Shown: positions 13,020 through 25,639 of the stretch, one piece after another | How the letters are laid out: each line of letters starts with the position of its first letter | Numbering within the stretch: position 1 is the first letter of the stretch | Assembly (NCBI RefSeq): GCF_001194135.2 | Contig: NC_068986.1 | Coordinates: 112,881,746-112,945,745, forward strand | DNA from: Octopus bimaculoides | Taxonomy: Eukaryota | Reading direction: 5' to 3' | DNA: 64,000 bases | Translations under genes and position numbers: made by a program | Notes under the pieces: generated by a model | What the model saw: the letters and a program-made list of their open reading frames with translations, nothing else | Databases searched by the model: none | Told to the model about the DNA's origin: nothing

Positions 13020-14080
13020 TGTCAGGGTCAGTTTGGCCTTGTAATTCCCTCACTCATAACAAATCCATAATCGTGTAAAAAAGGTTTTATCCTTCCTAAG
13101 AGATGGAAGTCGGAAGGAGAAAGATCTGGATTGTATGCAAGGCACTCCAACAATTCGAAAGCCAATTTTTCAATGGTTTCAACACTGTGGGTAGCCGTGT
13201 TTGGACATACATTGTTGTGCGCCAATAACGGATGCTTTAACAAAAGACCTCAGTGAATTCATTCTGTTAGCCAAGATTTTAGCGTAGCCTGCACTAGTTA
13301 CTTTAGACCCTTTTCCAAGTAATGGTCAAGTATAGGCCCTTTTGCGTCCCAGGAAACTGTTACCATCACCTTTTTATTGCGGAGGCTGAGGGGTGAATTT
13401 CTTTTTCGATGGCGATTCCGCGTGTTGCACTTCATGCTCAGCATTTTGAATTCTGGTTCAAAGTAATGCACCCAAGTCTCACCTCCTGTGACATTTCTCT
13501 CCAAAACAAGCATCGCCTTCATCGTTGTATCGGTCGTATAAGCGTTGAGAGATTTCCACGCGATTGCTCTTATGCATTTCGGCAAAGTCTCTTGGCATTC
13601 ATCTCGCACAGACTACGGACTAATTTGCCACTACATCGATGGCTACGCGTTGATTCGCCAGAACCACTTCTCGTGGTAGTTGAATCTTAAGGTCAGTGTT
13701 GGAGTTTGATGAGCGCTTTCATCCTTCTTCGTGCTTCACCGTTGCCCGGCCATTTTTAGATATCCCGATCCGCTCATACACCTTTCCGCGTGGTAGACTT
13801 CTGTAAACGTATTGTAATGGGAGCCTGCGATGAATTTCAAACACTGACACAGCTTCAGACCAGAGAAATCGGATAACTGATCTTTGGTCTTCCTTAGTGC
13901 ACACTTCTAGCGGATCAGTCATACTTATTCCGTATCATAAAAAAAAATGGAAAGATCGAGGCCAAAACTCCGCTAAGTAACCACAAAAGTAACACCGTTT
14001 GTACGCGAGCGGTGAAGGCAGTGCAACCAACCTAAAGGAAGTTTCGGTGATAGTGTTGCTACGGATTGACTCCCTCTCGA
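13020..14080 (-). mobile_element. Dead mariner (DD34D) transposon, fragmented transposase
   Basis: Three collinear ORF pieces: 13719-13922 (DQRSVIRFLWSE..EIHRR, HTH region), 13298-13609 (VTGGETWVHYFEPE...KVMVTVSWDAKG) and 13028-13243 (HNNVCP...YNPDLSPSDFHLLG). The first two catalytic Asp are mutated. TIRs are not confidently resolved, so the ends are approximate. Confidence 0.9.
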
Positions 14081-14360
14081 AGTCCCAGTTGAGAATTGGG
14101 TTCAACAGCATACACTATCGCTCTACCACTAAATACGTTTCTCTTATGCTTAAATCACAAGCTGTTTTGATATTATCGCTCAGCATAATACCATAATGAT
14201 TTGCGTCAATGAAATGTAATATTTTGTTCTAAAAGCAGCTCCGTTTCTTTCATAAAAACGGTTTAAGTTACTGGAAAATTATGTAAACGTTCTCCTTTCT
14301 CTTCCTACTCGTCATGACACCACCAAAACATTGGAAGCCCCTTATGCTGATTCAGACTAC

Positions 14361-14421
14361 CTGGTTGTAATCCGGGTAGGGATACCCTTTTGACGTTCCT
14401 ATGGCGATTTCATGGATACCT
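14361..14421 (-). CDS. Candidate 61-bp exon of an unidentified gene (GIHEIAIGTSKGYPYPDYNQ)
   Basis: Polypyrimidine acceptor TTTTCTTTCTATAATACAG, a single open frame, and a weak CAG|GTAGTC donor or a stop two codons later. No homology recognised. Confidence 0.25.
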
Positions 14422-16257
14422 CTGTATTATAGAAAGAAAATGTGGTACATTAAAGACTGAAATCATTCTAAGTTAAGACTGAAATCATTCTAACATTACA
14501 TATTTTTGGGTGAAAAGTGAAAATATAATCATAGACATCATCAACATCATCGTCATCAATATCATCATCAGCAGCACCACTACTATAGTCACCACCATCA
14601 CACTAATCATCATCATAACCATTACTATCCTACTACTACCACCACCACGGTCATCGCTATCATCATGTTCGTCATCATCATTATCAGCTGCAGCAGTAAA
14701 ATCGACGTCAGCGTCGGCGGCGACAGCAGTAACAGCAATAGTATGAATTGCAGCATCAGCAGTAGCAGCACTATCACCAATATTATTCTCTTCTAGTTAA
14801 CAATAGCATCATCATCGTCATCATCGTCGTCGTCGTCGTCACCACCGCCACCGCCGCAGTTGTCTTCTCGCCAGCGGCGTCATTGTCATCATCATCGCAT
14901 TTTTCATTCCTTCATTCATTATATAATGCTATTCTCTAACCCCTTCTTCCTCTCCTTCACATATTTTAACCTTGACCTCATCCTTTCCACCCCTCCCCGC
15001 TGAACAAACTCATCACCACAGCCACCCTGATAGTAATGTCTCCTTCAGCTGCAACTCATTCGTGAATACTTCACTATTTTCTACAGCTCTTACAGTTGTT
15101 CTTCTTCTTCTTCCTCTTCTTTTTTTTTCTTGTTCTTCTTTTTCTTCTTCTCCCTCATTCTCCCTTTTCTTTTTCACTTCTTATTTTGTTTTCTGTTTCT
15201 TTTTTCTTCTTTTTCGTTATTGTTATTTGTGAACCCAACCACTTCCTCAAAGACCTAAACACATTCTTTTCTCTCTGTTACCTTCAAAATCAATGTTATC
15301 AGTTTTCACACTCCCCTCCTTCCCGAATCTTTCAAAAGACTGACAGTTGAAATAAGATAATTGATATTTCCCTCTGCTAAAATTATTATTTTCAAATCCC
15401 CTAAAAGTAACTATTAGGNNNNNNNNNNAGGTTTATTTTATTCTTATTTCATTGTTTCTTTCCCCCCCCCATTTATTATTCTTTATATTCAACTCTTTCA
15501 TACGATTCCTCGCTTCTACAACTGTATATTTGTCTTCATATGAAGTGGGTGGTTTGTCCATCATTTAGATAATAATAGTTTTCCTATGTTTATTCATTTG
15601 GTTCTTTTGTCTTTTTCGTTTTGTTTTCCATCAAATTATTTTTGATTTATTGTATTAGTATTTTATTCTGCATGGTTATTTATTTATTTATTTTTTATTT
15701 TACAGGTCAGCAATTCTTAAATTGAAAATTACCCATTGGGCGAAAAAAGAATTCCACTAGGGCCATTTTTTTTTTCTACAATTGATCCCCTTGAAAGACT
15801 TCTTCTCATTAATATCATTTCCAAGTCAGAATAAACGAGCCTCTCCTATTGAATTAGTTCTCATTGTGGCAAATACATCAGAAATAATCAGGTGAATTAA
15901 TTGTATGTTGCCAACTTCGAGAAAATCAATTCTGCATAATAAACGTAAGATTGACGTGTGTGCAGTATATATTAATCAGTAAAGCTAACACGTAGCTAAA
16001 TTTGATATTTAAAATGTTAAAACGATTAAGATAAATTAGTCAGAAATTTAAGTGGAAAACAAAAAGGAAATATAGAACAAATAACAACCAAAAAAAAAAC
16101 AAGGAGAAAATATGATCAATGAAACACTTCATTGGTAAAAGGTAAAAATACCACTTAAAGATCTCCATAATATAATAATATATATACGCATAGTCGTACT
16201 AACAAGCACATATATGTTTGCATGTGACTATATAGAAATATGTGTACACACATACAT

Positions 16258-16317
<60 letters not shown>

Positions 16318-16698
16318 GTATATATATATGTATGTATGTAAACAGTCTCACCTACACAAATATCAGCCCACTCCACACACACATATGTATGCACATTGAT
16401 ATCCATGAACGCACTCATACACACAGGACTAAAGTCCGATAAGTTGTCTTTCGTTCCCTCTCTTCTATAACGCATCGACCTAATACGATGTTCGTTAAAA
16501 TGTCTTACTATTGTGCTCGCTTTTCTGCTTTTGTCTTTCTTTATTGCTTCTGAATGTATATGGAAATAAGCATGCATATATGTGTGTTTATGAATACGAA
16601 AATATATACATATAGGAAATCACACATGCATACATATATACATACTTAGATACAAAGACACAGACACACACATACATATATATATATACATACAGGAA

Positions 16699-16988
16699 CA
16701 CTCCGTCGGTTACGACAACGAGGGTTCCAGCTGATACGATCAACGTAACAGCTTGCTCGGGAAATTAACGTGCAAGTGGTTGAGCACTCCACAGGCACAT
16801 GTACCTTTAACGTAGTTCTCTGAGAGATTCGGCGTGATACAGAGTGTGATAAAGCAGGTCCTTTGAAATACAGTTACTGCCCATTTTTGCCCGCTGAGTG
16901 GACTGGAGCAACGTGAAATAAAGTGTCTTGCTCATGAACACAAGGCGTCGCCGGGAATTGAGCCCTACCCACTAAGCCACTCGCTTTC
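16699..16988 (-). mobile_element. SINE family C, near full length with an internally shortened tRNA head
   Basis: Minus-strand read GAAAGCGAGTGGCTTAGTGGGTAGGGCTCAATTCCCGGCG...TGAGCAAGACACTTTATTTCACGTTGCTCCAGTCCACTCAGC...GTCGTAACCGACGGAGTG. Confidence 0.85.
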
Positions 16989-17029
16989 ATATATGCATGT
17001 ATGTATATATGTATGTGTGTGTGTATGTA

Positions 17030-17053
17030 TGTATGTATGTATGTATAGATAGA

Positions 17054-17093
<40 letters not shown>

Positions 17094-17290
17094 AAGTCAG
17101 ACAGCAGGCAGACTGACAGATAAATAAATAGATAAATAGATAGATAGATAGATACATAGATAGATAGATAGAAAGAAGAAGAACAAAAGAAGAAGAAGAA
17201 GAAGAAGAAGAAGAAGAAGAAGAAGAAGAAGAAGAAGAAGAAGAAGAAGAAGAAGAAGAAGAAGAAGAAGAAGAAGAAGAAGAAGAAGAA
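17030..17290. repeat. Compound (TATG)n/(GATA)n/(GACA)n then (AAG)n microsatellite
   Basis: Read directly from the sequence. Confidence 0.95.
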
Positions 17291-17435
17291 TATAGAAAAT
17301 ACCTTAGTAATGAGAACCCAGGTGCGAAATTTTCCCAAGACACCTGTTGAAGGCTGGAGGGTATATCAGCAGAAAGGTTGTGTTAACAACAAACAAGATG
17401 AGGAAAAATATCTGTCAAATGTAAATAATGTTTAA
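17290..17435 (+). mobile_element. Family D tail (hammerhead-bearing), no head visible
   Basis: AATACCTTAGTAATGAGAACCCAGGTGCGAAATTTTCCCAAGACACCTGTTGAAGGCTGGAGGGTATATCAGCAGAAAGGTTGTGTTAACAACAAACAAGATG is collinear with the reverse complement of 36993-37150. Confidence 0.8.
17339..17384 (+). ncRNA. Minimal type-I hammerhead ribozyme-like motif (core variant CUGUUGA)
   Basis: Stem I GACAC/GUGUU, core CUGUUGA, extra A, stem II GCUG/CAGC, GAAA-GG-U-U. A6 is replaced by U, so activity is doubtful. Confidence 0.45.
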
Positions 17436-18027
17436 TGTTCAGTGTTTCTATTCCTTAGTGTTGGTGAGATTTAATCTCACCTCCACATTAATCAAGTAGA
17501 CCCATGATGAACTTTGTGACAACTTTTACAATCCTTTAGATCTTGTGCCACTAACAGTCAGCCTTTATCAAATAGACCCATGAGAAATGTGACAACCGTG
17601 ACAGCAATTGGCCAACTAACTGATAGGCAAAAAGTCATTTACTGTCAGTCTGCAATCTCAGTCCGTATGATTCTAGCCAGCAAGTGTGTTCTTTACTGTA
17701 ACTGAATTTTCCAGCTCTATTAAAGTTCTTCCTGCTCCCCAGAGCTCCAGTATTCATGGCAGATATATTGTGACAGCCAAACGCACACAACTATACCCGT
17801 ATCAATTCGACTTAGCTATATCCTGCTTTCTCAGTCCTCGTGCTAAACACTTCTTGACCTTCACCCAAATCTAAATGTTGCCCCCACCCCACCAGAACAC
17901 CATTATTTATCATACCTTCACCATTGGTGTTGATTTAAACAAACTGAAGAAACATTAATTGCATCAATCTCCCTGCTTCTGGAGGTCTGCGAAGTTCATG
18001 ACCAATTGAAAACCGTTCAAACTGGAA

Positions 18028-18102
<75 letters not shown>

Positions 18103-18274
18103 NNNNNNNNNNNNNNNNNNNNNNNNNNNNNNNNNNNNNNNNNNNNNNNNNNNNNNNNNNNNNNNNNNNNNNNNNNNNNNNNNNNNNNNNNNNNGTGTAG
18201 GCATTTGTGACTGTGTGAGAGTGTATCTGTGTTTCTGTGCATCTGTGTATGTGTGTGTGCCTGTGTGTGAGTGC

Positions 18275-18305
<31 letters not shown>

Positions 18306-20573
18306 GGTGTGTGTGTGTACATGCATACATAGATACATATATTCTGCTCTTGCATTCAGTTCAAATAACAAAATAAAAATCTAATACCTAGTAAAAAGCC
18401 TTATTAGAGGAAATAATAATCCGTCATAGGGTTCTTGTTGATGGAAATAAATGAATGGTTATAGCCAAAATGCATTTGAGCATTGGCGTACCCTGTGATG
18501 GAAGAACCAGGGATACCAATAATTGACATCAATACCAACCAACACGCCAACAATAATCACAACGATGTTTCAGAATGGACAGTTCGCTGGCAAACATTTG
18601 CATTGAAACACTTTATAATCAACGACTCATCGCTGTTGTGTTTTTTCGGTTCTACAACTTCTGCTCATCTTGTATACTTCCTATTTTCTGCAGCGAATAG
18701 GTCGATGTATTACGACTCTAAATATAAATAACGCCATTTGTCGTTTCGCTGATATTTCTCGCCGATGGCGCGGGCTCGATACATGAATAATGGTAGGTAC
18801 ATTAATAATAGATTATCCTGTGTTAAAACTAATGGAATGCAGATTATTTTCTTAAACTACAACTGATAAATCGTGATACGGGGACTCGATATTGATACAA
18901 ATATCGTGTCAAAAGATCAAGCAATATATATTTTCTCTTCCCATATGCTTGAATGCGATTTCAAAAGTGTCACGCTAAAATCTTTTTCCTCATAGCATAA
19001 AAAAAAATGTTGTTACAATTCCGGGATGGCCTTCAAATGCTGTTAAAAAAGAAAGGCGTTTACCTCGTAGCCTTTACTGGTCTAGTAGAGGATAAACAAT
19101 GCTTAGAAACTGCATTATTAATTTATCACTTTGAACATCGTATTGATTTTTTTACATTTCTTTGCCTCCTCTAAAACGAAGTAATATTTCGTTCGAACAC
19201 GTTGTGACAATAACTAAGTTTCTCCGTAGCTAAATGTCATTACACAAGTTGTACCAACGTTGAATTGTTAACGATATAAATGCTTTGGAATATATATGGA
19301 GCCGTTTCCTTTCAGGAAATGTTGTTTAGCTTATCTCCGCTTAACTTGGCGTCCTTTTGAAGTAACTTATGCTATTGATTTAAAACATGTTTTAATGGTT
19401 TTAGCTAAATCAGGCAAATTAAGTAGATGGCAGTCTTTTAGATGGCTATTGATATCAATCACTGCGCTGATGAGTTCTAGGGACACTACACGGTTTTTAA
19501 CTAAGTGGTGCTTTACATACACTGATTCGGTTTTATTAATTTAGATTGGTGAGCACTTAGAGACGCTCTTCTGTAATTGCATTTCGTTCGTTCTCCGATG
19601 AGGGATGATGTGACAAATGATTAACTGGACTATTAATTTCGTGTCGTGTTCGCTGGTTGTTCTATTTTATTGTATTACGTAATGGCAAGATCAGTAGCCA
19701 TCCGATAGGCTTCAGCTGCCAAGTTAGTTTTGTTATATAGTGAAGTACGTATCAACATATCTAATGAGGTTAGGCGGATAACTTTAATTAATTCTGACTA
19801 TATCGGTAGTGATTGGAGACAAACATAGTTGAATAATGTCTAATGAAGGAAAATAAAGACATGGATGAAACGCGATTTCAAGGATTTCTATACATTTCCA
19901 AACGTAGCATTTTCAATCAAGAAGACAATAAAATATTTGACAAATTTCCGGTGGAATTATTTTACATGGAGACCGTGTTGGCTTCCAAATTCATGTTGTC
20001 TCCTCAGCATTGTATTACAAATGTGAGAGATACATCTGGTGGCTGTCGCTTAAGGGGTTATGAAGCTGTTGTTATCTGCATGAAAAAGTGACCGTCTATC
20101 AGTTACTGCACGTCTGTCAGTTACTGACCTCTTCTCTGATAATGCCTGTCTAACAGGTACTGCTCGTCTACTAGGTATCGCCTTCACTTTTTAGCATTAC
20201 AAAAATAACTGTTGAAGAATATGATAAATTACAATTATTAATATGTTTATATAGTTAGCTAAGAGCACAGATAAATTCAATGAGAATCGAATTCATGAAA
20301 TTAAGAATTAACAAAGAGTATGATTACTAATCTGCTAGATTAGAAATTAAGTGATGGTGGAAATACACAAACTAGTAGTTTCGGAGCAGTAAACTTTATA
20401 TTCAAGTGCAGAGATATTTATAGCAATGCAAAAGATGAAGATATTCAACGGCAAACCACGACGTGTATAATTTGGAAATAAACGTTCTACATATGTATTG
20501 CTAAATTTAAAAAACAAAAAAAAAACTAGATCAATGAATAATGGTCATCCTATAAATATATATATATTTATAA

Positions 20574-20812
20574 GGACGGTGAGCTACCAGAATCGTTAGC
20601 ACATCAAGCGAAATACTGCGAAGCATTGAAGTATTTCACCCGTGGCTACATTCTGAGTTCAAATTCCGCCGAGGTCGACTCTGCCTTTCATCCTTTCGGG
20701 ATCGATAAATTAAGTACCAGTTGCGCACTGGGGTCGATGTAATCGACTTATTCTCTTTGTCTGTCCTTGTTTGTCCCTTCTATGTTTAATCCTTTGTGAG
20801 CAATAACGAAAT
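20574..20812 (+). mobile_element. SINE family B
   Basis: GGACGGTGAGCTACCAGAATCGTTAGCAC...GAGTTCAAATTCCGCCGAGGTCGACTCTGCCTTTCATCCTTTCGGGATCGATAAATTAAGTACCAG, with an alternative 3' tail (TGTCTGTCCTTGTTTGTCCC). Confidence 0.85.
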
Positions 20813-20829
20813 ATATCTATATCTATATG

Positions 20830-20883
<54 letters not shown>

Positions 20884-20893
20884 CTCCTATAAA

Positions 20894-20988
20894 TATACGA
20901 GGGGTGTATGAAAAGTGTTGCGCCTCAAAAAGAACAAAACATGCTAGAAGACTTCAAGGCTCAAAACGTTTCATGCACCACTCGTATA
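20894..20988. mobile_element. 95-bp mariner-type MITE
   Basis: Left TATACGAGGGGTGTATGAAAAGTGTTGCGCC vs reverse complement of the right end TATACGAGTGGTGCATGAAACGTTTTGAGCC (26/31 identical). TA at both ends; the TACGAGGG start is typical of mariner TIRs. Confidence 0.8.
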
Positions 20989-20994
20989 GCACTG

Positions 20995-21290
20995 AAGGTG
21001 CGTAGCTATGCAGCTGGAGTATTCGGTTAACGATCAACGAGGTCGTGAGTTCGATTCCATGCGGCGCGATGTGTCTCTTGAACAAGATTTTTTTTATTTC
21101 GCGTTGTTCCAGTGCGGTGAGTTTTACATGTAATCAGAAGGGTCAGACTTGTCACGATCTCCTTGAGAACTTATTTAAGGGCACACGCGTGTCAATGGAG
21201 TGCTCGGAATCTTGCATATCAATTTCACGAACAGACCGTTCAGCTGATGAGATCAACTGCAACAGTCATCGTCGCATCCGACGTAGTGCC
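20995..21290 (+). mobile_element. SINE family C, degenerate
   Basis: Head GAAGGTGCGTAGCT...GTGAGTTCGATTCC, body TTGAACAAGA..TTTATTTCGCGTTGTTCCAGT, tail GATGAGATCAACTG...CATCCGACGTAGTG. Confidence 0.75.
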
Positions 21291-21689
21291 TATTATACAC
21301 CCCCCCCCACACACACATATCAGCTGAAATTGATATGCAAGATNNNNNNNNNNNNNNNNNNNNNNNNNNNNNNNNNNNNNNNNNNNNTATATATATATAT
21401 ATATATATATTTGTGTGTGTGTGTGTGTGTAATTGCTAATTAAATTCACCACGGTTTGCTCATCTTTCTCTTTCATGATAGCAACTTATTTATAAAAGTA
21501 TTACGGTAACTTAGGCTATTGAAAAATATAGGTCATTATCGTGAAGGCCAGATTGAGAGGTACTTATCAACTGGATTGATCATTATGTGTTTTTAAGCTT
21601 ACCATTACAGACGTAGGAGTATTATTTATTTCGTTGAAAATGTTTCCGCGGTGATGCGTTATGCAAAAATTTGGGATACATATAACTGA

Positions 21690-23480
21690 TAAGCAATAGG
21701 CCTCAGATTGCATTTCGTCTAATTTCAAAAGGTTTTCTTTTTTAATCGATCGTCTCGGAATTGTCTCACCTGCATGTTATTCATTATATTCTTGCATTCC
21801 GCCTGCACAATTGCTTCGCTGAAAATTTTAATTGATCACAGTTTTTGAACCCACATGTATTAACATGTCTACCAATTAGTTCTGGTAGTTTTATGTCTTC
21901 ATAGCAGGTTATATCTTTCAATGTTATAAATGTCTAGTGCAATGTCTTGGTTTTTTCGAGTTGTTGTTTTAATTTCTTCTTTTTTATGGGTGGGGGTGAA
22001 TGTTATAGTTTATACATAATTCCAAGAATTTTTCTCCAATGCGCTTGAGAAGTATTTTCGTTGTTCAGTTTGATAGTTGGCTGTTCTTCGGAGTTGCTCT
22101 TAAGAAAGGCGATGGTGGATTTAGCAAATTCTATTTTCGTCTAGATGTTTGTAATCATGTTTCTAGGTGGATGATAGAACATTGGAGTGGTTGTGCAGCT
22201 TTTTCTTGGGGAAATCTGAGAGGTTGCTAGTGTGAAATCACCTGCTCATGAGGTTGTCTGCATGTTTGCTGAGGCGTAGGCGGCTCATATACATAAATGT
22301 TGTATGAGAAGAAAATAACTATTAAATTGAAATATTAAAAAAATACTAGATGCCGTGTTATTGTAGCTTGTCTGTGTTCGACAATATGTGATCTAGTTTG
22401 CTAAACAGAAGGATTAAGTGGTTAACACTGTATCTATTTCATATTTAATTTACGTAAGTTTCTTGAAAAACATGCGAGTCAAAATATGTGCTTGTAAGGT
22501 TAGTATGGAAGTAGAAGAATGAATGTGTATTGGTGACCTGCCGAGGATTTTTCTCATATGTTTTAAGTAATAGTCGTGAATAATGTAGTGGCCATATGCA
22601 CATTTGCTGCAGATCCACAAAGTGTAATGTGTGTATGTTAGTTAAGTTAAAGATGGGTGGCTCTGAGTCTCATCTCTGAGAAGTGACAGCAAAGATTACT
22701 CTTTGGCTGATGTCTTTATATTACCAAATTTATATAAGAACAATAATTGGTTCATTGTAATATGATTGTTGTGTATTTGTAGGTCATTACTCATACAGAA
22801 TTTGGCCAATATCAACCAATCAACGAAACGCTAAACGAAGTGGCAATTTTTCATTTCGAAAAAAACAAAGTGCGAGGCAGAGCATACTGCTTTCTCATAG
22901 GCTGTTTATCGGCGTCGTTCTACCATACTACACCATACGGAATGTAATCAGGAACCTTATGGAGTGCGGCTATGAGTGTGTCTATTTATTGTATACACTC
23001 ATTAATAATTCAGACTATTTTAGTATCGTCAAAGGTACCGTTGGTAGCCATTGACATCAAAGTAGGATTCTGCCTGAATGCAGCACTTTTTATTTTTCAG
23101 ACTATACTGTACGTGAAGTATATAAAGATGAATTGCCTGGGATCCGAGGCTAAAGATGTATTCCTGTGTCTAAGAATCGCTGTGTTTTTTTTGTTTTTTT
23201 TACGTGATGATTATGTTGCAATTATCATACGGGTTTTTGTGTATGCTTTGAAACGGCAAAATTGGTGTGAAATGAGCAATGGATTTCGGATTATTGAAAT
23301 TCTGTAATTGCAAGTCATGAACACTAAACGAGTCTGGTGACCTGGTATGATATTCGTATCCAGTAGTTGCATTGATTTTAAGGAGTCATCGAGTAATTCT
23401 TCGTATGAATATACAAAATGCAAGAGAGGTGAAAGCTTATATTTAGAAAGAAGACTCTAAAATATCCACGTTTCCCGTAT
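21690..23480 (-). mobile_element. Heavily decayed I/jockey-group LINE remnant (RT and downstream region)
   Basis: Manual minus-strand translation across frameshifts gives DTV-NHLILLFSKL (KAFDTVxH..LLxKL motif, about 22400-22440) and IEFAKSTIAFLKSNS..QPTIKLNNE....KILGI (about 22020-22130). Boundaries are approximate. Confidence 0.5.
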
Positions 23481-25591
23481 TGAATTTGTGAGTAGAATGA
23501 TGGTTGAATATGCAAATCAAAATCCATGTTGTATTCTCAGATGGATATGTATGGGCGGTATTTGTTTTCAAAGGTAGTCTAGTCTATACATAGAAGAGGT
23601 ATGTATCTATGTATTTTTACTTTACTTGGGTAGAGGTTGCGTTGCAATGACTTCATAACTGATACAGTTTTCATAATTTTGCCAAGGTCTAGTGTTCTAC
23701 GGATTTGTTAATTTAGATTCGATTAGTTATGGACCTTGGCGGGTGTATTGATTCTTTAAAGAAGCATATTAAGAAATATTTTGAGGTTATACAAGTCCAC
23801 AGTGCGTGGTTCCATGTAAAGAGATGGACGTACTAAGTTGACAGCAAGCCACTCTCAAATCTCACCATAATGACACATTGAAAAATATATTGCAAGAAGA
23901 AGGTTGGGATTTTAACATCCTGTAAGCTTTATATTCTTCTGGATCAGAGGTGGCCTGTGGTTAAACAGCAGCAACACCAACACCACTTAGTATTGCTCGT
24001 TTCCAATTTTGCTTTCGTTGTAAATGTATGGTAACTATAAAAGCGAAAGCACATTAGAGTACCATTGACAACCATCATGAGGCTGAGCTGAAACTGTTGT
24101 CAGTATTGAATTCCATCAAAGCCAATCAAGTATTCACACGAATACGATTCATTAAGAACAGTGCAACGAGATTGCATAAACTGCACATCGAGACAAACTA
24201 TCTGATTCTCTGGCGTACCACATGCATTAATCTAACTGATATTAATAAGAGAAGGAATAATTAAATTATTGCATATTAAATGTTAACAGAAGATCAAAGT
24301 GAGTGATTAGTACTTGGAGAATTCGTTTCATCATCTGATATAATGAGTCATTGTGTGAAAGAAATGTGGTTCACAGCAACAGAGGCAACATAGAGATTAT
24401 ACTGAACTGGGTTTAATCATGGATTGCTATATCCATTGTGATATCTATTATTACATTCGTCAATAAGTTCCTTCCGCTCATTAACCTTAATATATCTAGC
24501 TAAACCTGACCATTAGAGCTCGCTGAGGATAACATCGAAATTACTGATATTATTATAACACTTGATAAGAGCATCTGAAACGTTATTATTTATGGTATCA
24601 CTAATATCTCATGTAACCACGGCTGCGCTGACAACTGCAATGAAACCACCATTGCTTCACAGCTCATCAAATCTAACACTTCAACAAGGTGAGAACACTA
24701 TAATTTTCTCAAACATGTCCATCAACAAAACACATGCTTTTATTGATCAATGCAGCCGGTTTGTCGTTGCTATACGTTGCTATTCCAAAGTTCTTTCTTT
24801 ATATATTTCTAAAATATAAACTATATTTAGTGGTATTGAGAATGATTGAAAAAAAGCTGGCATATATTATTCCCAATGCCGTCTTACTATTTCAATTGTT
24901 CTAACTACAAAGAAATGATAAACTACATGGAATAACACATGCTAATAACGCAGCACACAGTAATTCAAAGACATAATCTTCAGCGCTATGACAGCTTCAA
25001 TACTGATAATAAATTGCTTTCGATTTTATTACATCAGTTTTTTTTTATCGAATTTTATTAATTATAAAAAAGAAGAAAATATTCCCCCGGGAACCTGTCA
25101 TGGCAATAAAGCTATCAAAACAATCTTGCTGCAAGTGGAAATAACCATGATTGCTATGGAAGAGCAAAGAATGTTATAGACATAATTTTAGATGAGGAAT
25201 ATTCACAATAGGTTTTCTTTGAGTATCATATGCTCGTTCGATTGAATCTACTTAAATGCGTCTCGAAGTCAGCCATTCTATATAACAATGGAAAAAATAA
25301 TATATAGGTACAACCGATATCTTTAATAATTTTGCCGTTTCTACCAAAGAATAAAGAAGATTCGCTGAAAGCGTAGGTGCATGTGATGCATGTGTAATAT
25401 ACATACACAAAACACATACACACACACGTACATATATACATACCTTTATATATATTTCTTTGCATATATAAATATGTACATGTATATATATATATATATA
25501 TATATNNNNNNNNNNNNNNNNNNNNNNNNNNNNNNNNNNNNNNNNNNNNNNNNNNNNNNNNNNNNNNNNNNNNNNNNNNNNNNNNNNNNNN

Positions 25592-25639
<48 letters not shown>

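Noticed and set aside
14449-14494. 22-bp tandem duplication AAGACTGAAATCATTCTAA
   Set aside because: Ordinary local slippage duplication.
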